Of a DNA stretch of 64,000 bases, positions 1 through 13,365 are shown piece by piece. The stretch is from NCBI GenBank assembly GCA_002633005.1, contig NMRA01000037.1:385302-449301 (forward strand), given 5' to 3'. How positions within the stretch are numbered: position 1 is the first letter of the stretch; each line of letters opens with the position of its first letter. The DNA is from Phoronis australis. Taxonomy: Eukaryota; Animalia; Phoronida. The notes under the pieces were generated by a model, which searched no databases, was not told the origin of the DNA, and was given only the letters and a program-made list of their open reading frames with translations. Both the position numbers and the translations under genes were made by a program.

Positions 1-1532
1 TATTAACTCCGTGGATACCGTTGCAAAAGACTAGCATAGTTTTTCGCCAACAAAGTTGCGTAGTTATCCTGTTGAAAAGAGATTTATAGTGGCGGGGTGT
101 GTGATTAGGGATACAAACGGCATCTCTTCGTCCAAGACACTTTTTTATTTGGTTTGACCTCTCACTAGATCTATCCATAAAGCTGCATGTCGTCCTGTTT
201 AGGTTGCTAAAACGAGCTATTTCACTTTAAAGAATCGGTCTCATATTCCTTACCTTGAAAGAATTCCATTTCCGTTACTAACCCAAGTCACAAGTAATGC
301 TTTTCGAATTTGCAATTTTAGGGTTGGTCAACGCTTTCTTGAGTACTTGATGGTTTTGAAGTTTTTTTTTGGTAACGGAAATAGATTTCTCAGTATTCGA
401 CTTTCGTTTTCAGTCAACTAAGCAGGGAGAAATGCAGTGTTAGATAGAGCACACTTGAACTGCAGTCAACCACATTACATGGAAGCTCTATAATTTTCAG
501 TGACGTGAAAATTTCCCATAATTCATCTTCACACAGACGACATGCAGAGGATTTGCATGGAGACACGTTCATACTTACTGTATGTCGACTCGATCACTTT
601 CTGTAACGTGGTGTACAATATGTCTCCAGCATTCGGCGCCCTTTCTTTAAAATCGTCTTTCGACAATAACATGAGAGCTTTACCTAAAGGTAGTAAATTG
701 ATCCTATTGAAAAACACGCGTGCATTAACTTGATGATAACTGACGTCATACAGTTGTGTAAAAATTCATTTAAATCTCTGATGATTAATTTGTGTTGCTA
801 GGTTTTCCTTTTACTTTTGAAAATCTTTCTCGTGATCAACAGTGTGATATTTTACTAAATTTTGCGAATAAAAACAAAAACATAAACAAAACAAATTCTT
901 TATGTTGGAAGTACAGCGTCAATTTATTTCTTGTTCAAACACTAGATGGCGGTTTATTTGACATTTTCATCAATCGAAATCCAACAAATACAAAATGATT
1001 TTCGTCTAAAATATAAATATTTCCAAACAGTATAAAATATTTTCTCGACTATGTGACAGGCATGGGTCAACCCAGTTGTAGGTCAGAATATTTTAGCTAT
1101 AAACTTGTTTTTTTAAACAAAATTCATATTATTGTATATGGAACTGTTGATCCTATTATAAAAACAGAGGTAATATATCTCGTGAGAAACTACGAATAAC
1201 GTAAAGGACATACAAAAAAATGATAACCCAACAATTGTTCATTGTGAGGAAAAATAAATGCTAGGGTAGTTTTCAACTGTAAAAGGTCAACGGGTTAACC
1301 TCATTACTGTCAATGGTATAGTTGTAAATGTAGAAACCATGGCAACAGTAATTTAAAGTTTTCTGAATAGATATTTAAAAAAAATTGGAAAGTCAAGAAT
1401 AATTTTCCATATTTCCGTCCGGCGTATCGCGTAATCAGCGGAAGAATTTGTATCCTATGTCATTTGTATTTATTTTATATACTACGCGTGTAAGCGGGGT
1501 AAATTGGGCAACGAAAGATACAGGTAAGTGAA

Positions 1533-1552
1533 AGCACGTGACGTCACGTGCT
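1533..1552. promoter_or_regulatory. Perfect 20-bp palindrome with overlapping E-box/CRE/E-box
   Basis: AGCACGTGACGTCACGTGCT contains two CACGTG and one TGACGTCA; function is inferred only. Confidence 0.3.
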
Positions 1553-4500
1553 GATCGCTTGCAAAACATCGCACTAACCATTCATGCCGAACCTTTCCAG
1601 GGGTATGTCTCCAAGCGAGTACTCTTGTATACACCAATCGATCCATTTGTATACTTCGTCTTTTGTCCACAGCATAGGGTGTGACCGACTCACTGAAATC
1701 ACAATGAGCTTAGCTAACCGATGTCTCAAACAGAAGCTATGAAAGTACTCAACAGTTACACATAGTAAAATCTCGTGTTCAAAAACAACTCTGAGTGAAC
1801 TTGTATCAGGCGTTTCCCTGTCTACAAATGAGGTGGGTGTCGTCCTTAACGATTGTGCAATAAAACAAGGAGCGCCTTCAGGTTTAGTTCAGACATAGGT
1901 TAAACAAATCTCGTAAATTATTAACCAAAATAACAAAACCATTTTTACATTACAGCGCAATTTGTTTTCTCATAGCACCGGATTTCTGTCCAAAACTTAG
2001 TAATAGTCAAACGTGAAAAAACGGGCGTTGACAATATGAAAATCGTTTGTCTATAAACTAAGTCTCGTGATTTATTGAACCACGACTGTAATGATTCCTT
2101 GTCACCTCATTTGAACTTTTTCTAAGCCTTTGAAAAGTTTTTCATTCTCGGTTGACTTGACAGATTTTTTACAGTTCACTGTAAGCCATGGTACCAGAGC
2201 CGTTGTGGTTATAGATAAAACAGAAAACTTATTTATTCATAAAAATATAAAGAAAACAATGTCTTTTGCCTTATCTTTAGTACTGCGTTGAAAAGAGCAC
2301 TGTGAACAGATATTTTACAGCTCAAATTGCGAAGAAAACTGTCCGTACGGTTGAGCAACCACTGAAGCCCGAGAGTATAGAGCAAAGGAAAAGAGACGAA
2401 GTGGTGACTACTATTAAGATATGCACAGGGCTTATGACTTAGGATGTTTGACAAGAATATCTTCTTTGAAAGTGTCTCTTGTGAGTCAGACAGTAATAAA
2501 GTGACCACAAGGACAACCACAAAACCACCCAGTCACTACGCCAGCCGACCACAGAGAGAAAAACCCGTGGTCAGAAATTCGTTTCTCAGTAATGGCAATT
2601 ATATATATTTACTCTCAATTTTGGTTTGAAATTTCGCTATGACATTCGCGTGTTTTTTCAAATCGCAGTAAATGTTTTATTCATCATATGTGGACCTCTT
2701 GTACTACGTGCAATTGCAGCTGACGATATGAAAGCAAGCGTGCATTTTCATCTAAAAACTGTAAAATATTTCAAGAGGAAATGAAACGGACTAACAGCGT
2801 TGTTGGTGGTTATTAAACTTCCCATACGGTGCAGTTTACTCACTGTTGTATCCACCAATGGGAAATAGCACGGGCGGGCTTTTAACAGGCCATGTGTGCG
2901 CCGGCAAGTCCATACTCTTCTTCAGTCGGCGGACGTCTATTCAGATTACAAAACACTGCCTTCCTCTTATTGCTCAACCATACAATTCACCTAGAATAAA
3001 ACAAGGTGCATGATCAACACACCACTCCTTATACGCTTGCCCTTTACAAAGTCATGATGTATTAAATATATTTTAAGAATAAGAATTTGAATTAGCCACA
3101 CACCCGCCTGGGTCACGCTATTTTTGTCATGTGCCCTAGCTTTATTGTCAAGTAAATCAGTTACAAATAAAGTACAAGTTTAAATAACTCGTTTATCTTC
3201 CGTCAACTCTACTGGTTCGTTTGTCGCAAAAATAGTGGCATATCATTTATCCTTCGGGTACGGGCATGTTATTCAGCTCCCTGAATCCACATAAAGAGCA
3301 TTGGTCTACAGCCGTATGACAATCACAATTGTAACGTTGACAATGACAATCATAGAAATAAAACACAATCATAGCTATAACAACTAGCTCCGACAACAGC
3401 GCCAGAGATGATAATGGATTTTATTGTTTAGACGATCACGGTTTTCAAGATCATCGCGTTTCGGGCAGACGAGACAAATTTAGTACTTCGCAGCGACTGT
3501 CTTTTGGCTACTTACCTGTCACGCGTATACGAGTTAACAAGTGCGAACTATAGCTTATACATCGGAAAAGTTTGCACGTCGTTATATAGCTTATGTAGGC
3601 TTACGATATAATTTGATCATAATTGCCAGAGTTTGTTAAAAAAAACTTCCTGAAAATGAGTACGAACCTTTAACGCGTTGCCGTGGTTACTTCCGTAGAA
3701 TGGCATAACACTAATAGAGATACCTATTGAAAGATACCCTAGCGTTTGTTAGAGATCAGGTGATCGTCGAAAACTTGCATCAGGTCTGATACTTCCAGAA
3801 ACAATTTTCCAAACTTAATCCGCACAGCTTGCAAGGACATCCTCAAGCTGCCAAACACTACTAGCAGGCAAAATGGCGAACTAGTTCTCACAACAGCCGG
3901 AACCGCAACAGCAAACGTAAAAAGCTTGACACACCCGTCGGATAATGACACAATCAAAAACTAATGAAGTTAATGGATTCATTTAATGAGCAATCCAAAA
4001 AAGCTCATACCAATTTTTCGGTTTCGCTTAAAATTAATCAGAACAAGCAAAAATAACAGCCTGCTCTGCAATCCCTGTGGATTATGAAGTTCGGCAAAGA
4101 AATGTAAACTTACTGGATATAATCGAAGCAACTATCAAGCCGTAACTACGTAACGACCTCCGTGCGATAGTTTCAAATAGCAAAGCGTTACAAAAGAAAA
4201 ACGGAACTTTCTTTGTATAACGTTCAGCTGTTTTGAAATGCTTTCCGAGAATTATAAAAGGTTTTGACATTTTGTCATTTCTAGGGTCACTTATAAACGT
4301 ATTTCCTCAATGCGCCTACGAACGTTGCCAACGAATACCAAAATATTTGCAATCAGATTTCCGTATAACAAGGAAGACGATATGAAGCGCTATTGCAGAT
4401 AACAGATGATAACTTTGGAACGTTGTTTGCCCGTTTTTCTAATGACCAGTTGCCGCAAAGCGGGCACACACAATCTAAGAAATTCTTATCGGTGTTTTTA

Positions 4501-7500
4501 AAATAGGGTTGTGATACAGATCTACAATGTTGATTCAGCTCAAACAACAGGAAATATACAGAATTTTGCCACACTGATTTCCACCACAGTATTATCAATT
4601 TATAAACTATTTTCTATTAATTACGAGTCCACTTGATCCATTCCGTGTCGTCGCTCAAGTCAGTTAATGCTGCATATTTTAAAAGAAGGTACCAGTATGA
4701 TCATTTATATAATCTGAGTATGAACACGTGGAAACTAGCGTTGTAATAGTGAAGTAGTCTAAAATCAATTGAGTTCCTTTACCGGAAGGTGATGAATGGC
4801 ATAATCAAAATGCGTACACTTTATGCGCTGGCATAATTAAAATGCATATACTTTATGCACCGGTATCAGGGATGCAAGACGGGAAGGGATGGGGTATATC
4901 TCAACAATTTGCAGTGCAGACGTGTTTGAGCATCTGAAACGAACTTTCCGATGTCTCGTATCTTATGTGCTTACAATGTCTCGTGTCACGGCTGGTGCTG
5001 TTGGCGAGGAATCACAGATAAAATTCATGTACAAGCATTCCAGCCGTGTCGTCCAATAGGTCGTTTTTGCAGATCCAGATGGCAACATATTCGGTTCACA
5101 AGGAGCAAACCGTTGGCGATGTATGGATGGAGGCCTGTATCACGTTGCATCAATCAATGATTTTTCTAACAGGTGGCGCAACAAAGCGAAAACCAACTTC
5201 TTCGCCAAAAGAAAGTTTGTATACTAGCAGCTCCTAACTCATTCAACATTCTCTCTATAGCAGGCGTTACGGATGTCGGTCACAGATGCTTCAAATAGCA
5301 GGACTGCATTGTTACGGGCCGCTCAATAATTTATATTATTTCCGTAAAGAAAAATCAATAATTGAAAGCCGGTAATGCATCTCAAGAACGGCCTTGGTAT
5401 AATTTCCGGTGACTGCAAGTAAAACGTAGCAGGATTTTTGTTTTCACAACAGTATGACGCACTTCTAGGCCTTCACTCTAAGCAGGCACGATCTGCATAG
5501 CACGAGCGAGTCCTTACTGGAATTAATCCCTTGGAAAAACGTGCAGGAAAGCGTGCCGTTCCATTCAAACTGACGTGTCTGTTTAATTTTGAAAAAGTGC
5601 TAACGCAATGGCCAGTTCCCGTATATTCGTAATGTTTCCCATGTTGCAAATTTTTTTAGGTCTTAGTCTACAAGCAAGTACGTGTAGGATAGCAAGATAA
5701 CTTTATTTTGATGAAAAACATTCTGGATCATGTGATTCCCGAGAGTTTTTAGACCGACAATAATCTTTTACTGCGAGAATCAATCGGTGGATGAGCCAGT
5801 TTGAATCTGAGGCGGGAGCACGTGATCCAGACCACCTCTTGCAGTTTTAGTACGACAGCTTTCTCGACCGAGTAAAGGCATTACATTCCAATATGCAAAG
5901 ACGACAATGACGGGAAAATGATACAAAAACAGAGAATGAACCTAGTGAGGACAGAGAATTAACGACTTGTAGGGCAAATCCTCTGGTAGAGACTTGGCAA
6001 AAGGAGTCGCAAATATCACCTTATATCAATGCTGTTCAAGATCTTCAAACACAGGGTTTTTAATAAAATAGATCACTTTGTAGGATGATTAAAAACCATA
6101 AGTTTATTTTCTACGATTTGTAGCAAACATAATCCCAAAATATTGCTATTATGGAAGGGAAAAGTAAAACAAAGTCTGCTAGTTACAGCTCTAGCGACGC
6201 GTTGTTATCAGAACTTTTCTAAATTTAAAATAAACTCACAAAGGTCGCTATACATTATTAAAACAACAGGGATGCAGAGTTAACGATCGCGCTTCGGTGC
6301 GTCATTCCGTCAAGGACGGGTCATGCGTGATCCTTTCCCAAAGTGCCTCGTTAAGTAAAACTAGCTCAAAACACTTCAGTCACAGTATGGTCAATTGTTC
6401 ATCTTCGTGAGCTGTCTCATAAAACCTGTATAGTCGAACTGCTGATAAGAAAAGCCTGAATAAGAACAACTTTTGATTCAGGTCATTTGCCGATATAAAA
6501 CTGTCTCGTCCTGTTTCTTCCTCAAGAAGAACTGACCGTTCTTTAGAGGTCATCAGGTTCGTGAATTTTGCTTGTCTAGGCGGGACAATTTCAGACACAG
6601 ATACAATATAGCCCAATGGGGTATCTAGTATGTCGTAAAAGGGGGAGTGGGGATGCAAACTACAAATTTCGAAAGAAAATATCTTCGTAAATCATAAAAA
6701 CGGCATGCTGATCGCGTTTTTGTGTTTTTCGTACGAATCCGTAGGGGGCGCTGTCAGAAGAACTAAGGCATTTTGTAGCAAACAGTTCAATTTATTCAAG
6801 CAAATGACACATGACCATGCTGCTTTGGACGAGCAAATTTGCCTGTGACGAGAGCCACTTCTATCACATGATTTATAGGGCCAAAGTATCCGATATGTCC
6901 GATTTTAGGCTGAGACTTGTGAAGTCATTATTCAAAAAATGAACTTCTAATATTCTCAGCTGAAGTTACAAGTGTATCATGCGTTTCGACTCGTAGGTTC
7001 CGGGCTTTACAATACCAAGCTAGTATTACCATTGTAGAAAACATTTCTGTCAAATCACCAATCGCAAGTAGGTAGATAAGCTCTTATTAAAAAATTGCTC
7101 ACCTGTTACTAAAACAAACCTATTTATGAAATAGTACTTTGGTAGCCTCGTTTAAATACCGCAAAAGCGTTGCACTTCGGCTTCTCAGGTCGATATCATG
7201 ATTCACGAAAACTGAAAGCGCGTTACTGTATTTTCTCGCGAATGGTTTCTTAGAAATTAGGTAATGTTTTTAAATAAAACAGTCATATCGAAAGACACTC
7301 AAAAAAATAAATCACTTGCGAAGACCTCTGGTAAGCACGGATACGAGAGTTGAACTCGGAACAGGAAGGTACATAACAACACCTTTTTCTCCCAATGGTT
7401 TAAACAGACAGGGATCTCCGCACCTATCTTTTGAGGTCACGTCAATTTTGTTCACACGATACTTACACTACGCCCTCGAGAGCAAAGTCTCACCCGACTA

Positions 7501-9879
7501 GTTACACATTGTCACCATTTTAAAGCGGCTGCAGTGCGCGCGCGATTTTGTCTTGGCAGGAAACAATCCTCAGAGTAAACGCGCGCTCCGCGGAAACGCG
7601 ATGCCCTCCCTCTCCAGTTTCTTTGTGTAACCAGAACCACAAGCATCCCCATCTGCGGATTATTGTCCACGAAATCTAAAACCGACCTAGTCATATTTCA
7701 AAATTATTTTTCGTCTTCTACAACTGATGTCGGTCCCCACAAACACGCGAAAAGTCGCACATTTTGTTTCCAACCTGTAAAATCCTTAGGCGCATAATTT
7801 TCTCATCGAAACATGAATGTCCACCTCTATAATGCAAATTCATATGTAAAAACGACTTTGATTTACACAAACATGCCATGCTGTGCATAACTGTTTGGGG
7901 AAAGTGTATTTTAAAAAGTATAGTTTATGAGCATGTTTTTAAAGAAAAAACAAAAGGGAATGAAACGACGGAAAACAATCTACGCAATGCAGCAGTTAGA
8001 TTGCCGCGTCTTTAAACTGAGACATCTACTACACCAGCTTCCATCTACTTCTATGGTTTTGGAATAGGCCATTAGTTTCATTTATTTTCTAAACATAAAA
8101 TGGAGTAATTTCCGTGCTGCAAACACTAATCTTTAGATTCCAATCATTAGAAGTTAATTTTATTGGCGTTGCTTTTTCGCAAAAGTACACCTGGGCGTGA
8201 GTTGATCCCTGGTCAACTGAGCTTCTCATGCAAGAATGACTAGAAGCACGCTCATTCTATATTGGTCATTTTTATACGATGTTATTGCGTGCATCAATAG
8301 GCAAAAGCTCGTGCGACCGAGTTCTAGCGCAAACCAAATTAATCTTTAGAACAAATTAAACTATAGAGGAGATCTCGTTAAACTTTGAGGTTCTGTGGAT
8401 AGTTACTGGTGTATTATCAATTGTGTCTATCGCATCTCTCATTCATTTAATTCAAAACACGGTTTAAATTTTCGAGTTTGTAAACTTCAAAACACCATAA
8501 AGCCTTTGTTAACTCTCTGGTTACTAGAGCTAATACTTCTCCGTTGTGCTCGAACTGAAATCACACTTGTTTTCAAGATTAGAAATGCGTAAGCTTGGAA
8601 CTTTACTTGGTAACTCATTCATTCAACCAACCGTTTCAGTGAAGCAGCGGTTTATAAGCTTTCAAACGTGAAAAAGTCGATTGGCCCTGTCGCTTTCAAC
8701 GCAAAAACGGCCTCTTGCTTATCTTGCGATAGCGTGAACGAACTCCGGAGTTCCTTGTTTATTCCGATATTCCAAATTCAAACACAACATCTAAACCAAC
8801 CGAGCAAATGAGGCAATCTCTGAACATGACCTACTTGATTTGACACTATACATATAAATTTGTCGCATTAGCGAGTGCGTTCGACAAAACTTGCAGCCAA
8901 ATGATCTGTGGGTTCTCGCTTGAGTGACAAACAAGGGATTACCAACAACGAGTGTCGGAGCTGTGTGAAAACATATCGTCAGGAAAATGTTCAATCGTTC
9001 ATCTGGAATCATGGGTTAAAAAGTGTGCTTCCTAGATACACTGAGTGATGTCCCATCAGCCAATCAAAAGTGTCCAAGACCGATTGTTTTATATAACTTT
9101 CACCGACTGATCATTTAAAAAAGTTTGAAGGGAAGTCAGTGGCAAACGGCCACAATGGGATAAGAAGTTTAATCTTTGGTGCATACTGCTTGGTGGTTTT
9201 TATCATACCGGCTCACTCACGAAAATATCTTGGGCCGTAAAATTCCGTTAGAAATTAAAGAGTGGTCGGATTTGGCAGAAATTTCATTACACAGGCTTGT
9301 ATTATTAAATGCAGAAATGCACACGATAACGTCAAACGGAAATTGACGAACACTGTACCCAACGAGCTCGAGTAAAAGGTGAAAAGCGCGATTGCAAGTC
9401 TCGTTCCAGCCTCCAGCAAGCAGTCGGCTTCGTGCAAACCGAATATTCAGTCAAGTTACTGACTGTATTGATTTCCTTATTTGGAAAGTCACGTGAGTTG
9501 ACTATCCTGCTGTAGGTATCGCTTCTTTCCTGTGCATTTACAGCCAACTAACACTAGAGCAGTACATGTGGACAATGAGATTATAAATGCGTTACCGTTA
9601 CCCAAAGGACATAACATGAAATCAAAAGTAAAATCAAAGTATTGTGATGATGAGACCAATCTGCTTCCTTGCTGGGAGGCCCAGCCTTCGTTGCTAAGTT
9701 ACTCGAAGTCATTCACCAATCATGAGCCAGACAAAATCTATCAATCAAGTGGGGACGACTCTGTCTTAAATGCCACATTTTAAAGCGTCTTTTAAACGTA
9801 TGCTTTCTTTCAAAGAAAGAAAAAGCTTTACTCACTTACAGTTGTAAAATTGACCTCGTTTTAATTGTTCCTCACTCAC

Positions 9880-10090
9880 GAGGTGGGAGGGAAGGTCGGG
9901 TGACGTGGCCAAAAAGGTCCGCCTCAGAGAAACAAAAAGTCCGAGAAAAGGCGCAAAAGCACAATTCACAGCTCTGAACGTGGTACCCCGTTTTTTAGTC
10001 CTCCGGCTTTTTTGTTTGTAAAAGGTCCACATTGTTAGGAATTCGAGCCCCCCCCCGCACCCATATTAAAGGCTGCCGGGTGCGCGCATG
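9880..10090 (+). mobile_element. MITE family A, 5'-truncated
   Basis: Shares the interior and the right TIR gggtgcgcgcatg. Confidence 0.7.
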
Positions 10091-11779
10091 TTTTGGGCAT
10101 TAAAACAACCGATAGTTCTCTAGTCGCAATTTCTTCCCACTAAGCTCATAAAATTACTTCACGCCGTGAACTGAAATGTTCATGAGCTCGATCTGTGAGT
10201 TCATTCTAACCCTAGAATCACACTTATTTGTTCCAAGGAATAATTTGAGACCAATTTCATAACCGTAAATGGCCTAAATCAAAACTTATATTTTGACCGA
10301 AAGTTCAGGTTTAATGCCGATTTAAGCTTGAACTGGAATGTAGATTTTTGAGTTACCTAGCGAGCAATGACCAGCAATTTCCTACCCCTTTCTAGGAAAA
10401 GGCGCCCGTGAAAGACCAGTTTGGCGAGATGCCTTAAACCTGAATGTGACCTCTCTTAGAAAACTCCAAGCAGGATGCAACTGATACCGGAATGTTGGTA
10501 GGTGGGAGTCGGCGTTGAACACGATCGAAGTATACTCATACAGTGACTGTGCTAAAAATAATATTTTAATTTCAAAATATCTTACGATTCACAATGGAAA
10601 CGTTACGACGCCAGAATCACGCTTACAAGTGAAACAAACGCAGTGCACGTACACAGACGTTTCCAGATGTTATCCAAATCCCTACAGTGATTCCTAATTT
10701 GATATCATAATAGTCCAGTGCTTTGTTCGAAAACAACCAAAACAAGGAATCAAATCTCACCGTTTTCCGTGTCGATTGTCACGACCAATGTCAGAAGCTG
10801 TGTGTTCTCTTCACAAAATAATGTTCATGTGGTGATTCGGGTCAGCTTATCAAACGCAGGAAACAGTTCGCGTTGTTTATCTGTCTTCCCGGAAAAGACG
10901 CGGAAGTCAAGTTAGCGAGGGCGTCCTTCGTGCTTATTAACGTCATATAGCACCACAGAGTTATGAGGTCACTGATTCTTGTCACAGTACAGCTACTCGT
11001 TCGACAACCTCCTTACACCAAGGTGATATTGATTTCCGTTGGCTTTCATGTTCGGTTATTTTTATGGGACGCATTTGATTTTTACCAGTTAGAGAATTGA
11101 AAAAAAAATGCAATTTAAATACAAACATGATGCATAATTGTCCAAGATTAAGCCATATCGTCATGTTAAAATCCGTTTCGATATTTTGCTAACAGATGTC
11201 TCACCTCCCTAGCTTCCAATACCGACGGCGGGTACAAACGAATGTCGTCATTCACAGGCAATTTTGCACCGTTGCTAAGGAAATAGCAGAAATAGATTTA
11301 ACAACGATCTTCTCATTACTATATGCTATTAGAGTAATTTGCAAAGTTATTTTTGTGATGCTCGAAACGTCACATTTTGAACTATTACGCACGTTTAACT
11401 GTGGCTTAGTAAAGAAAATGAATGTAATGGATTCAGTGACGACAAATTGTCGTTTTTTTAATTATACCCAAGAGCACCTGTAACATAAGCGAAAGTGCTT
11501 TAAAAACAAAAACAAGAAAATTTTAAAACTAAGTTTATAACTAAACCTCGTTTGTCTACCTCAACCGACCGTGCAAGGCACATAAAATGAAGAGACAACA
11601 CATTACCACGTAATGCACAGACTGAGACACCAGCGGTGCAGTGATTCGAGTAGTAATGGAATAATGTTTTGATAAATCAGGCGCGTTGTGAAACGGACAA
11701 ATAATGAATGAATTTCGAAATTTTTGTGCCTGGATTTCGTTATTTCTCATGACTGATTCAAATTACAGGCAGTCTCCGG

Positions 11780-11948
11780 CAAGGGGCGGATCTAGGATTT
11801 TGTGTTAAGGGGGAGGCCAGGGCAGAGTATTAGCCAGGATTTTGCCCGTCTGATATTCGCATCCCGAACTGCCAAATAGAATATGGGTGAATTTTAGGGG
11901 GAGGGCGATGGCCCCCTTGGCTCCCCCCACCCCTTAAACCCGCCACTG
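11780..11948 (+). mobile_element. MITE family B
   Basis: Interior homologous to 42711-42863; gtctc near both ends. Confidence 0.75.
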
Positions 11949-12629
11949 GTCTCATTTTCATACCCTGAAAGTTAGGTTAAAATCAGGATTACTTGGAAAC
12001 CATACTCGGGTTGATCGCAGTGTCCCAACCCGACAGCTAGAGATCGGTTTAACTAGGCTACGGGTGATAACGAGAATCGCTCGTATCTGACAAATAATTT
12101 TGTCTGTGTGAGTGGTCTTAGTAACCACACTGAGACAAAAATCCCGCTGGGAACTTCACACAGTAAACGGGTCAATTGCAGTTTTCTGGATCATATTTTG
12201 TCTGTCGTGTGGCGATATTGCTGTGATTAATTTCTCGATGCAATTTTCCTGTAATTCCTGGAAAGATTGTGATTACATGCACCTATAACATCATATTGAT
12301 GACCACTTTTAAGATTGGACGATATAAAAACAGGAAATATAATCAGATTGATCTGTTCAAGTCAAACTGAAACTTTTCCAAGTGTGTGAGAAAGCTTTTT
12401 ACACTATATAAGTCAGTAGACAATTCCACATTTCAAAAGGTTCTTATTAATCAACCGAAGATAAATACTTCCATTTTTTGATGCAACACTGAAACTGCAA
12501 ACCCCCTAAGATCAAAAATAAGCTGAATGATTAAATAAATTGCCAATATAAACTGAAATTGCAAGTTATCGGAATGGAGAATAAAGCGTAATAGCAAACA
12601 CGACATGGGCGTTTCTTGGCTACTGGATA

Positions 12630-13108
12630 TGAGCCAGGGAGGTACTCGACTATATTTTTGAAGGAGTGCAGATGGAAAATTAGGATAAACCCATTTAGAG
12701 AGTGGACTAAAAAGGACACAGTTGCAAGGAGCATCCATGAAAAAGTCACCCTTTTGTAGGGCTTCATTCCACAAGCACGAAATAAATTATATGCACATTC
12801 CCTTTCCCAAGGCATTCTTGGGCAACTGGCTATTTAACCAACGAATCTGTTACAGTACAAATAGAGATGATATAGCGAACAAAAATAGAGACGAAACTAT
12901 CGATTGGAAATTTGTGTAGTTGGAAAAGAAACTTTTGTCAAAGTTTTGAACTCGAAAAATCGAACCCGAAATTAATATTTGAAAATGCACCCTTTCGTGG
13001 GACATTTTGCGGCCAGAAGAGGAACTCTTTATTATAGGGGAACAGGTCATCACTCTTAGCGACATGTCCTGCATATCCTTGTATCATGGGAGTGCCGTCC
13101 CGCCGGGA
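12630..13108 (+). mobile_element. Dispersed repeat shared with 39343-39870 (probable non-autonomous DNA element)
   Basis: Homologous blocks tatatttttgaa..gtgcag.tgg.aaattaggata and aaaa.gtcacccttt..agggc/t appear in both places. Confidence 0.5.
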
Positions 13109-13187
13109 TATGAGTGCTTGCATTTACATGCAAGATGACATTAAGTCACATCCACTGATATAAACACACGCAAATGCAAGTGCAGCT

Positions 13188-13365
13188 AATTGACCTAACG
13201 CAAGCTCCGCCCCTTGCGAAAAGTCGACAAACAGACAATGAGTTTTACCCGACAACGTGTTGTTTGTCGGGTAAAGTGGCGGCTTGAAAACGAAGGTGTC
13301 TCAAGAATGCTGCGTTCTAATTAGTCAGTTAAGCCGTCACTCAAAATCCTGGCGCTAGGTCAATT
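13188..13365 (+). mobile_element. MITE family D (TIR AATTGACCTATCGC)
   Basis: TIRs at both ends; homologous to 21360-21531. Confidence 0.75.

Noticed and set aside
5059-5228. VVFADPDGNIFG resembling a glyoxalase/VOC motif
   Set aside because: Flanked by stops with no rest of the fold and no supporting exon structure; likely chance.
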